In this document: in pieces, positions 37,843-47,635 of the stretch
Position numbering within the stretch: position 1 is the stretch's first letter
Layout of the letters: every line of letters starts with the position of its first letter
Sequence record: MK308676.1
Length of the DNA stretch: 64,000 nucleotides
Reading direction: 5' to 3' (one strand)
Made by a program: the position numbers and the translations under genes
Notes under the pieces: model-generated
The model's input: the letters and a program-made list of their open reading frames with translations, nothing else
The model's database searches: none
Told to the model about the DNA's origin: nothing

Positions 37843-39612
37843 TTGACAAAGGCGTACACTATGAGTAATGATTTACAAAGGTCTTGCATGTTTGTTCTTT
37901 ATGAAACAAGCAAAGATTCAAGAACCGAAGACTTACTAATCGTTAAAGAGCGATTACGTAATCCTGAAACTGGTGCTGAGAAACCGTCTCTGCGCCTAGT
38001 AAGAAACTACAAGCGACAGTTCGCTATCACTAAGAAAGCACTGCGTACACACAAGCAAAAGAAAGAGTGGGAGTTCAAAGAGAACTGTGACTTCTACGAA
38101 TGTACTTCTGCTGAACTACCTTTCCGTATTGCTAAGGCGCTAAACAAACACGGCCGTCACTATCGCTTAGGTGACCTATGTGAGTCTCCGTATGTTTACG
38201 GTGCGGACATCTCGTCATCTGTTCTTTACAAACATCACGCTGATGTAGCGAATGCTAAAAAGAATGGTGCGTGGAACCCAGACATGTCCATGGCGGTGAT
38301 GGACTTTGAGACCGACATGTTAAACGGTACTGAATATATTATCTCAGGCGCTGTTTCGTTCGGAGACAAAGCACTTATCGCAGTAACAGAAGAGTTCATT
38401 GAAGGCTGTACTACAGCTGAGCAGATTGAAGAAGAAGTAAATAAGCTTGCACGCCATTACATCAAGAAAGATATGGAAGAGCGCAACATCAAGCTTAAAG
38501 TAACTGTTTGTAAAAACGACTTTGAGGTGTGTGCTCGCCTCATGCAGTTCTGTCACGCATTGAAACCCGACTTCCTAGTATTCTGGAACGCCGGCTTCGA
38601 TATTAAGAAGATGATTGATTCTTGTAAGCGTCATCGCGTTGACCCTGCAAACATTTTCTGTGACCCTGCGATTCCACCGGAGTTCCGTAAGTTTAACTTC
38701 CGCGAGTCTAAGTCGAATAAAGTTATGGCGTCTGGTAAGAAGCTTAACTTCTCTGCGGCTGACCTATGGCACGTTATCGAATGTCCTGCTTCTTTCTACA
38801 TCATAGATGCTATGTCCGTATTTAAGATGTTGCGCGTAGTAGAAGGCATGCGTCGTTCTTACTCTCTGGATGCAATCCTAGAAGAAGAACTAGGCTTTAG
38901 AAAACTTGAGTACGAAGCAGAAGAAGCATCCGGTAACCATAACGTATCTTGGCACCGTGCTATGCAGCGCACACACAAACTTATTTACTTGGTATATAAC
39001 TTGTTTGACTGCGTGTCTGTAGAACTGCTCGATAAGAAGACTGGAGACTTGGCTAAGAAGATTGCTCTTTATGCCGATGGTTCAGAATTCTCTACGCTTA
39101 AGTCTAACCCTAAACGTTTGGCTAACGCGCTACACTTCTACCTAGATGACCAAGATAAAGTTATCTGTACTACTTCAACCAACATGACGGAAGAAGAGTT
39201 CGACCATCTTGTAATCGGTAAGAAAGACTGGATTGTTACATTGGCAAACGAGTTGACGCACAAACACGGTGCAGACATTTGGAAGCCAGAACATCGCGGT
39301 GACTTATTGAGCCGTATCGCAACACACGTTTACGATATCGATATCACCTCAGGCTATCCTTCTGGCCAGTGGGCACTGAATGTAAGTCGTGGTACGACAC
39401 TTGCAGAGATTTGTAAGATTGTAGGACAGCTAGAATCTGAACTACGTCGCTTTGCAGTTAACATGACATGTGTTCAAGCCAATGCTATTGACATGGGCCA
39501 TCAGATGCTAGGGCTACCTAACGTCGGTCAAGCACTAGCAGAATACGCTAAAGATAACGAGTTAGCAGCTAACGACCCTATCTTAGAAGAAGTAATTCGA
39601 AGAGCGGCATAA
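37843..39612 (+). CDS. Family B DNA polymerase, exonuclease plus partial palm half (phiKZ gp82-like)
   Basis: DFETD (ExoI), FWNAGFDI (ExoII), YNLFDC (ExoIII), YDIDITSGYPS (motif A); start may be ATG 37861. Confidence 0.85.
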   Translation: MTKAYTMSNDLQRSCMFVLYETSKDSRTEDLLIVKERLRNPETGAEKPSLRLVRNYKRQFAITKKALRTHKQKKEWEFKENCDFYECTSAELPFRIAKALNKHGRHYRLGDLCESPYVYGADISSSVLYKHHADVANAKKNGAWNPDMSMAVMDFETDMLNGTEYIISGAVSFGDKALIAVTEEFIEGCTTAEQIEEEVNKLARHYIKKDMEERNIKLKVTVCKNDFEVCARLMQFCHALKPDFLVFWNAGFDIKKMIDSCKRHRVDPANIFCDPAIPPEFRKFNFRESKSNKVMASGKKLNFSAADLWHVIECPASFYIIDAMSVFKMLRVVEGMRRSYSLDAILEEELGFRKLEYEAEEASGNHNVSWHRAMQRTHKLIYLVYNLFDCVSVELLDKKTGDLAKKIALYADGSEFSTLKSNPKRLANALHFYLDDQDKVICTTSTNMTEEEFDHLVIGKKDWIVTLANELTHKHGADIWKPEHRGDLLSRIATHVYDIDITSGYPSGQWALNVSRGTTLAEICKIVGQLESELRRFAVNMTCVQANAIDMGHQMLGLPNVGQALAEYAKDNELAANDPILEEVIRRAA

Positions 39613-39617
39613 TAGAA

Positions 39618-39646
39618 ACTCTCCTACTCCTTCGGGAGTAGGAGAG
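39618..39646. repeat. 29-bp TTCG hairpin identical to 34140-34168
   Basis: Exact match; lies between convergent genes. Confidence 0.85.
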
Positions 39647-39658
39647 TCTATATGACTG

Positions 39659-40984
39659 TTAGTCTTTGCCTGCAATCATGATAACGTAAACGTTAAGCGC
39701 TTCGATAAGCGTACGCAGGAATCGCTCAGATGACTCTAAGTAAGAAACCGCGTTCATGTGAGACTTAGGAATAGAACGAATCATTTCCTGAAGAATCTGA
39801 ATGTCCTTATCGTTACGGCCATTGTGGTAACGTTTAAGGTCTTCAGCTGCATCACGTAGAATGTCACCGCCACTTGCACCGAACGTTTCTAAGTTATCCT
39901 TAGCACGACGGATTTCACCAGCGATTTGTTCACGCTTAGAATCTAGTTTAGCTGTGATAGCACGTAGCTCTTCTAGGTCACGGTAGCTTAGCTTAGGCAT
40001 GCCCTTAGGTAGACGAGAAGGTACGTTAGTATCTAGCTTGCCTTCAGTGTAAGAGAACATAAGCGTATGCATCTTGATAAGGCCAGAGCGCTCAGGGATA
40101 AATGTAGGGTATACGTCGCCCAGTAGCTTGCGCCCAGTCTTAAGATACTTACCGCGTAGACGTAGCTTAGCAATAGAAGCTAAGTCAGCCTGTTCGATTT
40201 CTTTGATGCCTTTGTTCAGAACCCAGTCGAAGTCTTGGATATCGCGCATAGTCATAACCGTGTTAATAACACGCTCATACGCAGTGCGGTCCATAGAAGA
40301 CGTTAGGTCGTTGAAGAACTGAAGCACAGATTCACATTGTGAAACTAGGTCACCGTACTTACCGTTTAGAACGAACTTAGAAAGAACGTTTACTTCACCA
40401 CGGTATGCTGGCGGGATAAGAATAGTCACGTCTTCGCTAATCATTGCTTTGTCTACTACTCGACCGTTAGGGTCAGTAAAGACATGAGCACCTGCACCGT
40501 CCAAGCTTTCTTTCTCTTCTGGTGTCATCTTAGCACCTGGCTCTAAGCCAAAGCGTTTGATTGTCTCTTCTGCTTCTTCTACGCGCTTCTGGAATGCAAC
40601 CAACTTGTCAGCTGCTTCTTTGTTCTTTTGGAACAATAGCTCAGATACCGCTGTAAAGAGCATACGAGCTCGACGGATAAGACCTTGGATAAGTTTAGCG
40701 ATTGCATCGTAAACACGCGCAGGGACGTCGCTAAGACCTTCCATGGCTACTTCTGTCTCAGCCACTACATCGAACTCACCAAATAGCTGGGAGATAGAAG
40801 TGTAACCAAGTTGAGTAGCGACTACTTTCAATGACATTTCTGCTTGAGCGCGAGTACGCTCATTAACGTCGTTTTTGCTAAACCACTCTAAGACCGTTTG
40901 AGTAGTTGCTAACGCAGCATCAACGTTCTTAATCTCGCGGTACAGCCGGGCTTGCTCAAGCTCCGCTGAAACAATGTTACTCAT
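39659..40984 (-). CDS. Internal head protein (paralog family)
   Basis: 441 aa; EVAMEG followed by an amphipathic helix as in the other paralogs. Confidence 0.6.
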   Translation of the reverse strand: MSNIVSAELEQARLYREIKNVDAALATTQTVLEWFSKNDVNERTRAQAEMSLKVVATQLGYTSISQLFGEFDVVAETEVAMEGLSDVPARVYDAIAKLIQGLIRRARMLFTAVSELLFQKNKEAADKLVAFQKRVEEAEETIKRFGLEPGAKMTPEEKESLDGAGAHVFTDPNGRVVDKAMISEDVTILIPPAYRGEVNVLSKFVLNGKYGDLVSQCESVLQFFNDLTSSMDRTAYERVINTVMTMRDIQDFDWVLNKGIKEIEQADLASIAKLRLRGKYLKTGRKLLGDVYPTFIPERSGLIKMHTLMFSYTEGKLDTNVPSRLPKGMPKLSYRDLEELRAITAKLDSKREQIAGEIRRAKDNLETFGASGGDILRDAAEDLKRYHNGRNDKDIQILQEMIRSIPKSHMNAVSYLESSERFLRTLIEALNVYVIMIAGKD

Positions 40985-41032
40985 TTTTTAAACTCCGGAA
41001 TTTATACTAAATAAAAAGTTTTTGTGCACATT

Positions 41033-41356
41033 TTATTTGTCCGCTGTAGGTTCCGCACAGTGTGCCGGTCGCACTTCGGTGAACTCTTTATCGGCTAAAA
41101 GCGTATTGAGTCTCCTGACTTCATACAGACGGCAATCTATTAACTCTAACTCCTTAGCTTGAAGGATGGCCCAGTTAAGGATGTCGTGTGGTTCGAAGCC
41201 TTGAGCCAATGGTCGCTCTGGTCCGACTAACAGCGTAGGGTCAATTGGTTCCTTTACAGGCGGAGGGCTCAGCCAGTCCATTGCGGCACAACTCGATAGC
41301 AACGGCACTAGGGTCAAGAGCAAGAACAGTTTCAGACACGGGAATCTCTTTAACAT
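41033..41356 (-). CDS. Outer-membrane spanin (Rz1-like lipoprotein)
   Basis: Lipobox LLSSC; Pro-rich segment; overlaps the i-spanin 3' end in another frame. Confidence 0.75.
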   Translation of the reverse strand: MLKRFPCLKLFLLLTLVPLLSSCAAMDWLSPPPVKEPIDPTLLVGPERPLAQGFEPHDILNWAILQAKELELIDCRLYEVRRLNTLLADKEFTEVRPAHCAEPTADK

Positions 41357-41624
41357 TTTTCTCTATCTCTATATAACGGGTTTCGACAATGCGTTCGGTC
41401 TCTTTGACGTTCGCGTTCGTTTCACGTTCTAAGGTCAGCTGTTTGTTCAGTTCTTCGATTTGAAGTTCTTTCTGTTCGAGCTTACTCTCAAGAGTCGTGA
41501 CTTCCTCCACTTTACCTAGATAGGCATTAGTGAGAAAGATTGTACTTAGAAGAAGTATGACAATAGTACCGATAGTAATCGGCGTCAGATATTGCATGAA
41601 CTTCCCTTTTACCAATGACCACAT
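41241..41624 (-). CDS. Inner-membrane spanin (Rz-like)
   Basis: AAGGAGG RBS at ATG 41624; N-terminal TM helix, coiled coil, C-terminal cysteines. Confidence 0.75.
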   Translation of the reverse strand: MWSLVKGKFMQYLTPITIGTIVILLLSTIFLTNAYLGKVEEVTTLESKLEQKELQIEELNKQLTLERETNANVKETERIVETRYIEIEKNVKEIPVSETVLALDPSAVAIELCRNGLAEPSACKGTN

Positions 41625-41686
41625 AAGGGCCTCCTTTTTGATATAAAAGGACAAGCTCCCCTGCCCGAAGGCAGAGGAACTTAATC

Positions 41687-42982
41687 TTAATCAGCGCGGA
41701 TATTTACAGCACGGCGCAGACGAGAGATGATTCTCTCCGCACGGCTATTGGCAAGGTTCATGCCAAACACTTCCCAATCCATAATTGTCTTCTTACCTTT
41801 GTCTGCCATTGTAAGCAGAGCGTAGTAAAGAGACTGGAATTCAAGCACGCGTTCTTTAGATAGGCCTTTCTTAACCGTATCGTTAACGCGACGCATTGCA
41901 CTGACGTCGTTAAAGCAACCACCTTGACCGCGATGTTCGCGAATGATGTCCAACAAGCGACGAATGTTTTCGATGGCCACCGCTTCGTCTTCTTCGCCTG
42001 CAATTAGGTTGATGAACTGATTAGCCAACTTAGCTTGCTGAGAAATTAACTCATCGTCTTTAGTTGGGCGGCGCGGGTTCATGATAACCACGTACTCTTC
42101 CAGAAGTTTCCAAGGAACTTTACGTGCGTTCTCTAGTGCTTCCGTGCGTTTACGTGCGCGGCGCTGTTCTTGAGTTTCTTTAGGTGCTTCAGCAACAGGT
42201 TCTTGCTTAGGCGGTTCAGGTAAGTCACCAGGACCTTTAATCGGTTCTGGCTCAACGAACTTAGCTTCGTTTACCGTTTCTTGAACACAGACATCACAGA
42301 ACTTAGAAACAGAACCGTTGTTGATGTGGAACTGCTTAAACTCACCTGGGTGTTTCTCACAAGGTTCTTCTACGCCAGAGTCAGCAATGATAGTGCCGTT
42401 TTCTTCCACACGAACTAGACGAGCTTTAGCACCCAGGAGCTCAGCCACTTTAAGTGTCGCTTCTGGGTTTTCCATTTCTAGTTTCTTCTGTGCCATGAAA
42501 GCTTCTGCTTCAATGTGACACTGCGGACAATCTGGAGCAGCGCTTCCGTTGCGTGTAACAAGAGGCCATTCGCCGCCATGTGCTGGACATGCAACTAGAG
42601 TAACTTCTGGTTCTTTGTCTTCATCTTCTTCTACTGTAGAAGAAGCAAGTACTGTGCCTTCGGCATCAACCACGTTTACTTCGCCGCCTTCACCTTCAAC
42701 TACCGTGCCTTCGGTTACGTTACCTTCAGCGTCTACTACGCCGACTTTGTCGCCAGCTTCTACTTCTACTTCAGGTCCCTGTTCGCCTTCCACGACGAAC
42801 GGTAATTCATCAACGTGCTGGAACACTGTAGTTTCGCCACGCGCTTGCTGGTTCTGCTCCGGAACTTCTTTCTTTTCCGTTTCAGCTTCGCCTAGAATCT
42901 CTTTCATTTCGTCGTTTGCGTTCGTAGCCGCTGCCTTGTTTTTATTGCGATTACGGTTACGACGAGTTTCACTCTTACTCAT
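41687..42982 (-). CDS. Hypothetical protein with acidic disordered region and two CxxH...CxxC motifs
   Basis: 431 aa; see findings. Confidence 0.6.
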   Translation of the reverse strand: MSKSETRRNRNRNKNKAAATNANDEMKEILGEAETEKKEVPEQNQQARGETTVFQHVDELPFVVEGEQGPEVEVEAGDKVGVVDAEGNVTEGTVVEGEGGEVNVVDAEGTVLASSTVEEDEDKEPEVTLVACPAHGGEWPLVTRNGSAAPDCPQCHIEAEAFMAQKKLEMENPEATLKVAELLGAKARLVRVEENGTIIADSGVEEPCEKHPGEFKQFHINNGSVSKFCDVCVQETVNEAKFVEPEPIKGPGDLPEPPKQEPVAEAPKETQEQRRARKRTEALENARKVPWKLLEEYVVIMNPRRPTKDDELISQQAKLANQFINLIAGEEDEAVAIENIRRLLDIIREHRGQGGCFNDVSAMRRVNDTVKKGLSKERVLEFQSLYYALLTMADKGKKTIMDWEVFGMNLANSRAERIISRLRRAVNIRAD

Positions 42983-43038
42983 TGGAGTTTCCTTTTCAAG
43001 TTTTCAATAAGACACTTAATTCGGTCTTAAAATATTTT

Positions 43039-44292
43039 TTAAACGATGTCTAGAACTGGGTCAAAGTCGACCGTCTTAGAAGCAGTACCGTGGAACGCGG
43101 CTAGAGAGATAGACATGAATACGTTACACATCTCTGCCATACGCGGACCTAGGCCGACGTTAGAGTTAACTTCTTTATCGCCCATACAACGAGCACAGTA
43201 GCCACGGTTCTTAGTCTTACATGCTGTTGGGTCACGTAAGATAATTTCAGTACCGATGAGTTTAGCAAACTCTTGTTCAGAGATAGGCTCATCTCGGCCA
43301 ACGATATAACGGCCCACTAGGTCACGCCCAGCTTCAACAAGCTCTGGCTTACCGACCATAGTACGACAATCGTCTTCTGCAATCTTCAAGTTCTGGAATA
43401 CACGGTTAGAGAACTTAGCTGCTTCACCGCCCAATGCCGTTGAGGCACCACGGTCATATGAACCGGAACGCAGGGAGTTGATAATAGCTGGTAAGTCTTC
43501 CGCAGCATAACCTTCGCCCAGCGAGCGAGGAATGTAATCCATTTTCGATGGGTCATCGAGCTTAGCCAGACCGCCCTGAACATGGAATAGTTTCTTACGG
43601 ACAACCGCGTAGGCTTTATCTTTCAAGAAGAACTTAGACGCATCGTCTCCGGCCATGTACTCACGGTCGGCTTCAGTAATAGCCTCATCAATCATCGCTA
43701 CAATTGCTGGGTCGTCGAGTTGGTCTTTGAACTTCTCTAAAAGCTCATCACGAATCTTCAATGCTTCAGGTGAAGCAGTTAGTGCCTTAGGCGTGTATGC
43801 TGAAACTGTAATCTCAGCAAATACCGTAATGTAGTTCATTGCCTGCATTACTTTAAGGTATTGTGGAACGCTTAGGGATTGGTCTAGCAGTGCTGCTGAG
43901 ACTCGTTTAGAGAGAAGCTTCTTGTTAATCTTACCAGCGACATATGGAAGAACTCCTTCCGAACCCCACTCGAAGATACAAGCATTAATGATAGCTTCAC
44001 CGTAGTTAGTTTCAACTGGTTCACGGACACAAGACAAGAAGTCTTCTGTAATAGTGAAGCGTTCTTTGATAGGAAAAAGGGGCTGACCTTCTTCCCAACC
44101 AGTAATCTCTTCCTGTCCACCTTCGATTTCTGGGTTGTGGTAAAACCATTTACCCTCACGAAAGCCCGGGACGTTAACGCCTACCGCCTTGTCGCGATTA
44201 GGTAAGGACAGAACACGGAATAGCCAAGCACGGTGACGGTAAAGGCCGTCACGCATAGCTAGCTTAAAATAATCAAGCTTATTAATCGCCAT
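43039..44292 (-). CDS. Virion RNA polymerase beta' subunit fragment (phiKZ gp80-like)
   Basis: 417 aa; SGSYDRGASTALGG, EDDC, LRDPTAC...YCARCMG Zn-binding beta' motifs. Confidence 0.8.
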   Translation of the reverse strand: MAINKLDYFKLAMRDGLYRHRAWLFRVLSLPNRDKAVGVNVPGFREGKWFYHNPEIEGGQEEITGWEEGQPLFPIKERFTITEDFLSCVREPVETNYGEAIINACIFEWGSEGVLPYVAGKINKKLLSKRVSAALLDQSLSVPQYLKVMQAMNYITVFAEITVSAYTPKALTASPEALKIRDELLEKFKDQLDDPAIVAMIDEAITEADREYMAGDDASKFFLKDKAYAVVRKKLFHVQGGLAKLDDPSKMDYIPRSLGEGYAAEDLPAIINSLRSGSYDRGASTALGGEAAKFSNRVFQNLKIAEDDCRTMVGKPELVEAGRDLVGRYIVGRDEPISEQEFAKLIGTEIILRDPTACKTKNRGYCARCMGDKEVNSNVGLGPRMAEMCNVFMSISLAAFHGTASKTVDFDPVLDIV

Positions 44293-45109
44293 CAGTAAAA
44301 GCTCCGACTAGATGGTCAAACGCCATCATGATGCTTGGGTAAGTAGGTGCGTCACCCGCTGCATCGTTAATTAGTTCACGCGCTGTTTCTACGAGTTCCG
44401 ATTTGGGTATCGCCGATGCAATACATGCAGCAATGGCTTCTTTAGCCACGTCGTTGGCTGTAAGCGTTGAAGCAGCTTTTGCAAAAGTCGTGTAAGCCAC
44501 GGCCCAAGAAATAGGAAGCTGGGATACTTCGACTACTTTGTCGTAGATAACGCCGCCAGTGCCGTCAAGGAAGTTAGCCAACTCAACTTTAGTGTTGTCA
44601 CGTAAAGCAAGGGTATCTTCAAACAGCTCGGCATTGTTTAACATAGACTTCATTCGCTGGATAAGCTTCGCGTCTACTTCTTCGATGCGCCATTCGTACC
44701 AAACTTCTGGCTTTTCACTGATTGCACTTAGCACGTCGATAAGAAGAGTTAAGTCTTCTTCTGCTTCCGAATTCGATAACGCTTCCGTAACCACGTCTAG
44801 GTTATTCAAATCTTCGGTAGCTAGTAAAGTAGAAAGGATTTCCACTTTAACAGATAAGTTAATGTAGTCAGGCGCGTCTGCTAAGTGGACACCCATTAGC
44901 ATGAGTAACAAGTCTAAGTGTTTCTCATAAGCCGCCATCATTGTTAAGCCTTTTTCTAAGGCATCCAAGTTATTTAAGTTCTCTGGTTCAGAGACTTCAA
45001 GTTGGTGGTCGGTGTAGTTTATTTCTTCGAAGATTTTCTCTAGATTAACTAGTGTTTCTAAATCCCCAATTTTCAATACACCTTCGTAAACCGCAATTGC
45101 GTCAAACAT
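44282..45109 (-). CDS. Conserved hypothetical protein
   Basis: 275 aa; overlaps the start of the vRNAP gene. Confidence 0.6.
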   Translation of the reverse strand: MFDAIAVYEGVLKIGDLETLVNLEKIFEEINYTDHQLEVSEPENLNNLDALEKGLTMMAAYEKHLDLLLMLMGVHLADAPDYINLSVKVEILSTLLATEDLNNLDVVTEALSNSEAEEDLTLLIDVLSAISEKPEVWYEWRIEEVDAKLIQRMKSMLNNAELFEDTLALRDNTKVELANFLDGTGGVIYDKVVEVSQLPISWAVAYTTFAKAASTLTANDVAKEAIAACIASAIPKSELVETARELINDAAGDAPTYPSIMMAFDHLVGAFTDGD

Positions 45110-45200
45110 TGTAATACTCCTGTATCCTAAACGATTCGTTCTTTATATACACTTAATCTGTATCTAATGTAGTTAAAAACTTTTTATATGGAGCTTACCA

Positions 45201-45530
45201 ATGACTGGTAAAACGCAACAGGCGACATGGGATGACGTCCATGTTCAATCTAACCTTTGTCTTGTAGGTATACAAGGCTGTCACTCGCTGATGGAGAAAC
45301 TTACTCCATTGCCTCTAAGTGCAGAGTCTAAATCCATTCTTGCTGATTGTTCGACCCAGCTCTTAAGTCTCTGTGAAGAACGTGAGCGCATCATGTCCAG
45401 AGGCGTTAAAGCAGCGAATGCTCATGTAAGCCCCGATGACTTCATGAAGCTCTACAACAAGTACGGTGAAATCGCAGCGTGTAATCGCGGCATTGATAGC
45501 ATCCGTGTTAAACTTTCCAACATAGTGTAA
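45201..45530 (+). CDS. Hypothetical protein
   Basis: 109 aa; GGAG RBS. Confidence 0.6.
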   Translation: MTGKTQQATWDDVHVQSNLCLVGIQGCHSLMEKLTPLPLSAESKSILADCSTQLLSLCEERERIMSRGVKAANAHVSPDDFMKLYNKYGEIAACNRGIDSIRVKLSNIV

Positions 45531-45542
45531 AGGAAAAGGAAA

Positions 45543-47144
45543 ATGGAAAAAGACGAATTTGATTTAAGCTACCAACCGGAAGCCCTTCCGGAACAGGAGC
45601 AAGAAACAAAGGAACCTGAAGCCCAACCGGTTAACTTTGAATATGACGAGCTGGATATGCCGGAAGGCTACCAGTTTGTTTCGCCGTTCATGGAAGCTAA
45701 CGAAAGCGACATGGCGGAGATTGCCCTGCCCGGTTCTGAAACAGACGTGAATCATTTGGCTCACCTAATCCACGAAATACGTTCAGACGAAACTCTGAGC
45801 ATCGAAGATAGACGAGCGACTGAAGAATACCTTCGTCAGTTGTTAGGTCAAGGCACGCTAAGTGAACGCTATGGCGCTCTGCATGAAGGCAAGACTACCT
45901 TGGCTCAGTACCTAGCCATAGATGGACGCCGCGTTGCTAACTCGCGCATTGGCTTTAAGACCGAAGACGGCACTCGCTTACGCGGTGCTGCTGCGCGTTC
46001 TCGCATGCAGGCTAAACTAGGCACAGGTACTCCTGTGGTTTGGCGCATGTGGCACTCAGGTTTCTCTGTTGAAATGGGTAACTTTGCTCCAGGTGAAATC
46101 TTTAAGCACCAGGTCGACTTGCTTACTGCGGTTGAGAACATCGCTATTAAGACTAACGGCCAAATCCTTTCTGCCGACGATGCGTACTATGTAACTAAGA
46201 TGACCGACTTCTGTATCGAGCACATCTATAACTGTACCATCAAGAACTGGTCACATGACGTTATCCGTCAGCGCCTAGATGTTCGCGACATCTACACTCT
46301 TCTTTGTGCAGGTCTTGCAGCAATGTACCCTAACGGTTATCCGTTTGTTCGTGACTGCCGCTTTAAGATAGATAAAGAGAAAGCCTGTGACTGGTCTACT
46401 CTTAAAGGTCTGGAAGATGTTCGCAAGATTACCCGTCTAGACTTCCGTCTACTTACTTGGGAAGACAGTGACAAGTTCACTCCTGCGCAAGTACGTCTTG
46501 TTAACATGCCATGGGACTCTGTGACGGTCAAGGACCTAGACGACTACCGCGATAACCTACCGGAACAAGTAGTTACCACAGGTGTTCTCAATGAGAAGAC
46601 TGGCGGTGATTCTATCTGGCGTGCGGTTATTCGTGCACCGTTCTATTCTGACTATCGTCGAGAAACTCTAGAATGGGTTTCTGACGTAGAGCTACAAGTT
46701 GACCGTGCTCTAGCTAATGCCCCTGATACTTCTCCTGAAGCTGCTAACGTTCTGCGCCGTCAGTCGATTGAGTCTTACATCAAGCGCATTACTGCACAGC
46801 GTCACTCTAGCTGGATTCGCGAAATTGTCGAGATGGAAGGCACCAGTGAGATTCTTTACGGTGGCGAGAACGTTGGCAAGGAAGGTTTGATTAACCGTAA
46901 AGAAGTCGTAGAGCGTTTAGCTGACATGTCTGAAAACGGTGAAGTCTGTGCTAACCTTATTAAAGCGGTAGAAGACTATAAGGCGGAGAACACATTCTCG
47001 TTCGTGGCTATTCCTAACTTCCAGTGTCCTACTTGTAAGAAAGGCCAGTCTGAACCTAAGGCTACACGACCACACCTAATCCCGATTCCGGTGACTCACT
47101 ATTTTTTCGCTATAACGGTATCGAATTCCGGCCAGAGAAACTAA
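45543..47144 (+). CDS. Conserved protein, possibly baseplate hub assembly-like, with CxxC motif
   Basis: 533 aa; PNFQCPTC near the C-terminus. Confidence 0.45.
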   Translation: MEKDEFDLSYQPEALPEQEQETKEPEAQPVNFEYDELDMPEGYQFVSPFMEANESDMAEIALPGSETDVNHLAHLIHEIRSDETLSIEDRRATEEYLRQLLGQGTLSERYGALHEGKTTLAQYLAIDGRRVANSRIGFKTEDGTRLRGAAARSRMQAKLGTGTPVVWRMWHSGFSVEMGNFAPGEIFKHQVDLLTAVENIAIKTNGQILSADDAYYVTKMTDFCIEHIYNCTIKNWSHDVIRQRLDVRDIYTLLCAGLAAMYPNGYPFVRDCRFKIDKEKACDWSTLKGLEDVRKITRLDFRLLTWEDSDKFTPAQVRLVNMPWDSVTVKDLDDYRDNLPEQVVTTGVLNEKTGGDSIWRAVIRAPFYSDYRRETLEWVSDVELQVDRALANAPDTSPEAANVLRRQSIESYIKRITAQRHSSWIREIVEMEGTSEILYGGENVGKEGLINRKEVVERLADMSENGEVCANLIKAVEDYKAENTFSFVAIPNFQCPTCKKGQSEPKATRPHLIPIPVTHYFFAITVSNSGQRN

Positions 47145-47161
47145 GAGGTACTCTTAGCTCT

Positions 47162-47614
47162 TTGGATGTCGAATTAACGGAAGAAGAAAGGGAAGATGCT
47201 TGGCAGCAGTATTTCGCGATACAAACCCAAGACCCGATAGCGCGTAAGATGATGGCTCGTGAAATCTTTGAGACTTTCTTTAAGATTCACGACCATAATG
47301 TGCCTGACCCGCTCGACCCTTTCCCTCTGGTAACGACTAAACCAAAACGTGCCCAGAACTGGGCGTCTAGAGAAACCATTAAACGGTTGATTGCTATAGG
47401 CGCTCCAGATAAGACAGGCATGAGTCTAAATGAACTCCTCTATGAAACTAACATGTCTGACTTCGAAGACATCATAGAAGCATGTGAGGACGTCATGAAG
47501 AGAGAAAGCGCTACTGCTACTAAACTACGGAATGAATCCGAAGAGCAGATGGCGAAGGTTCTCAATACCATCGAAGAACGAAAGAAAGATAATAATTCAA
47601 GCCCTCTGGCCTAA
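47162..47614 (+). CDS. Hypothetical protein
   Basis: 150 aa; TTG start after GAGG; operonic. Confidence 0.55.
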   Translation: MDVELTEEEREDAWQQYFAIQTQDPIARKMMAREIFETFFKIHDHNVPDPLDPFPLVTTKPKRAQNWASRETIKRLIAIGAPDKTGMSLNELLYETNMSDFEDIIEACEDVMKRESATATKLRNESEEQMAKVLNTIEERKKDNNSSPLA

Positions 47615-47624
47615 TGGCCAGAGG
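47603..47624. terminator. Bidirectional terminator hairpin
   Basis: cctctggcc-taat-ggccagagg between convergent genes. Confidence 0.7.
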
Positions 47625-47635
47625 AGCTTTATTAT

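Noticed and set aside
37843-39612. DNA polymerase appears truncated after motif A
   Set aside because: A split family B polymerase is normal for phiKZ-like phages; not a pseudogene
42549-43010. 153-aa Ser/Thr-rich plus-strand ORF
   Set aside because: Antisense shadow of the acidic region of the 431-aa gene
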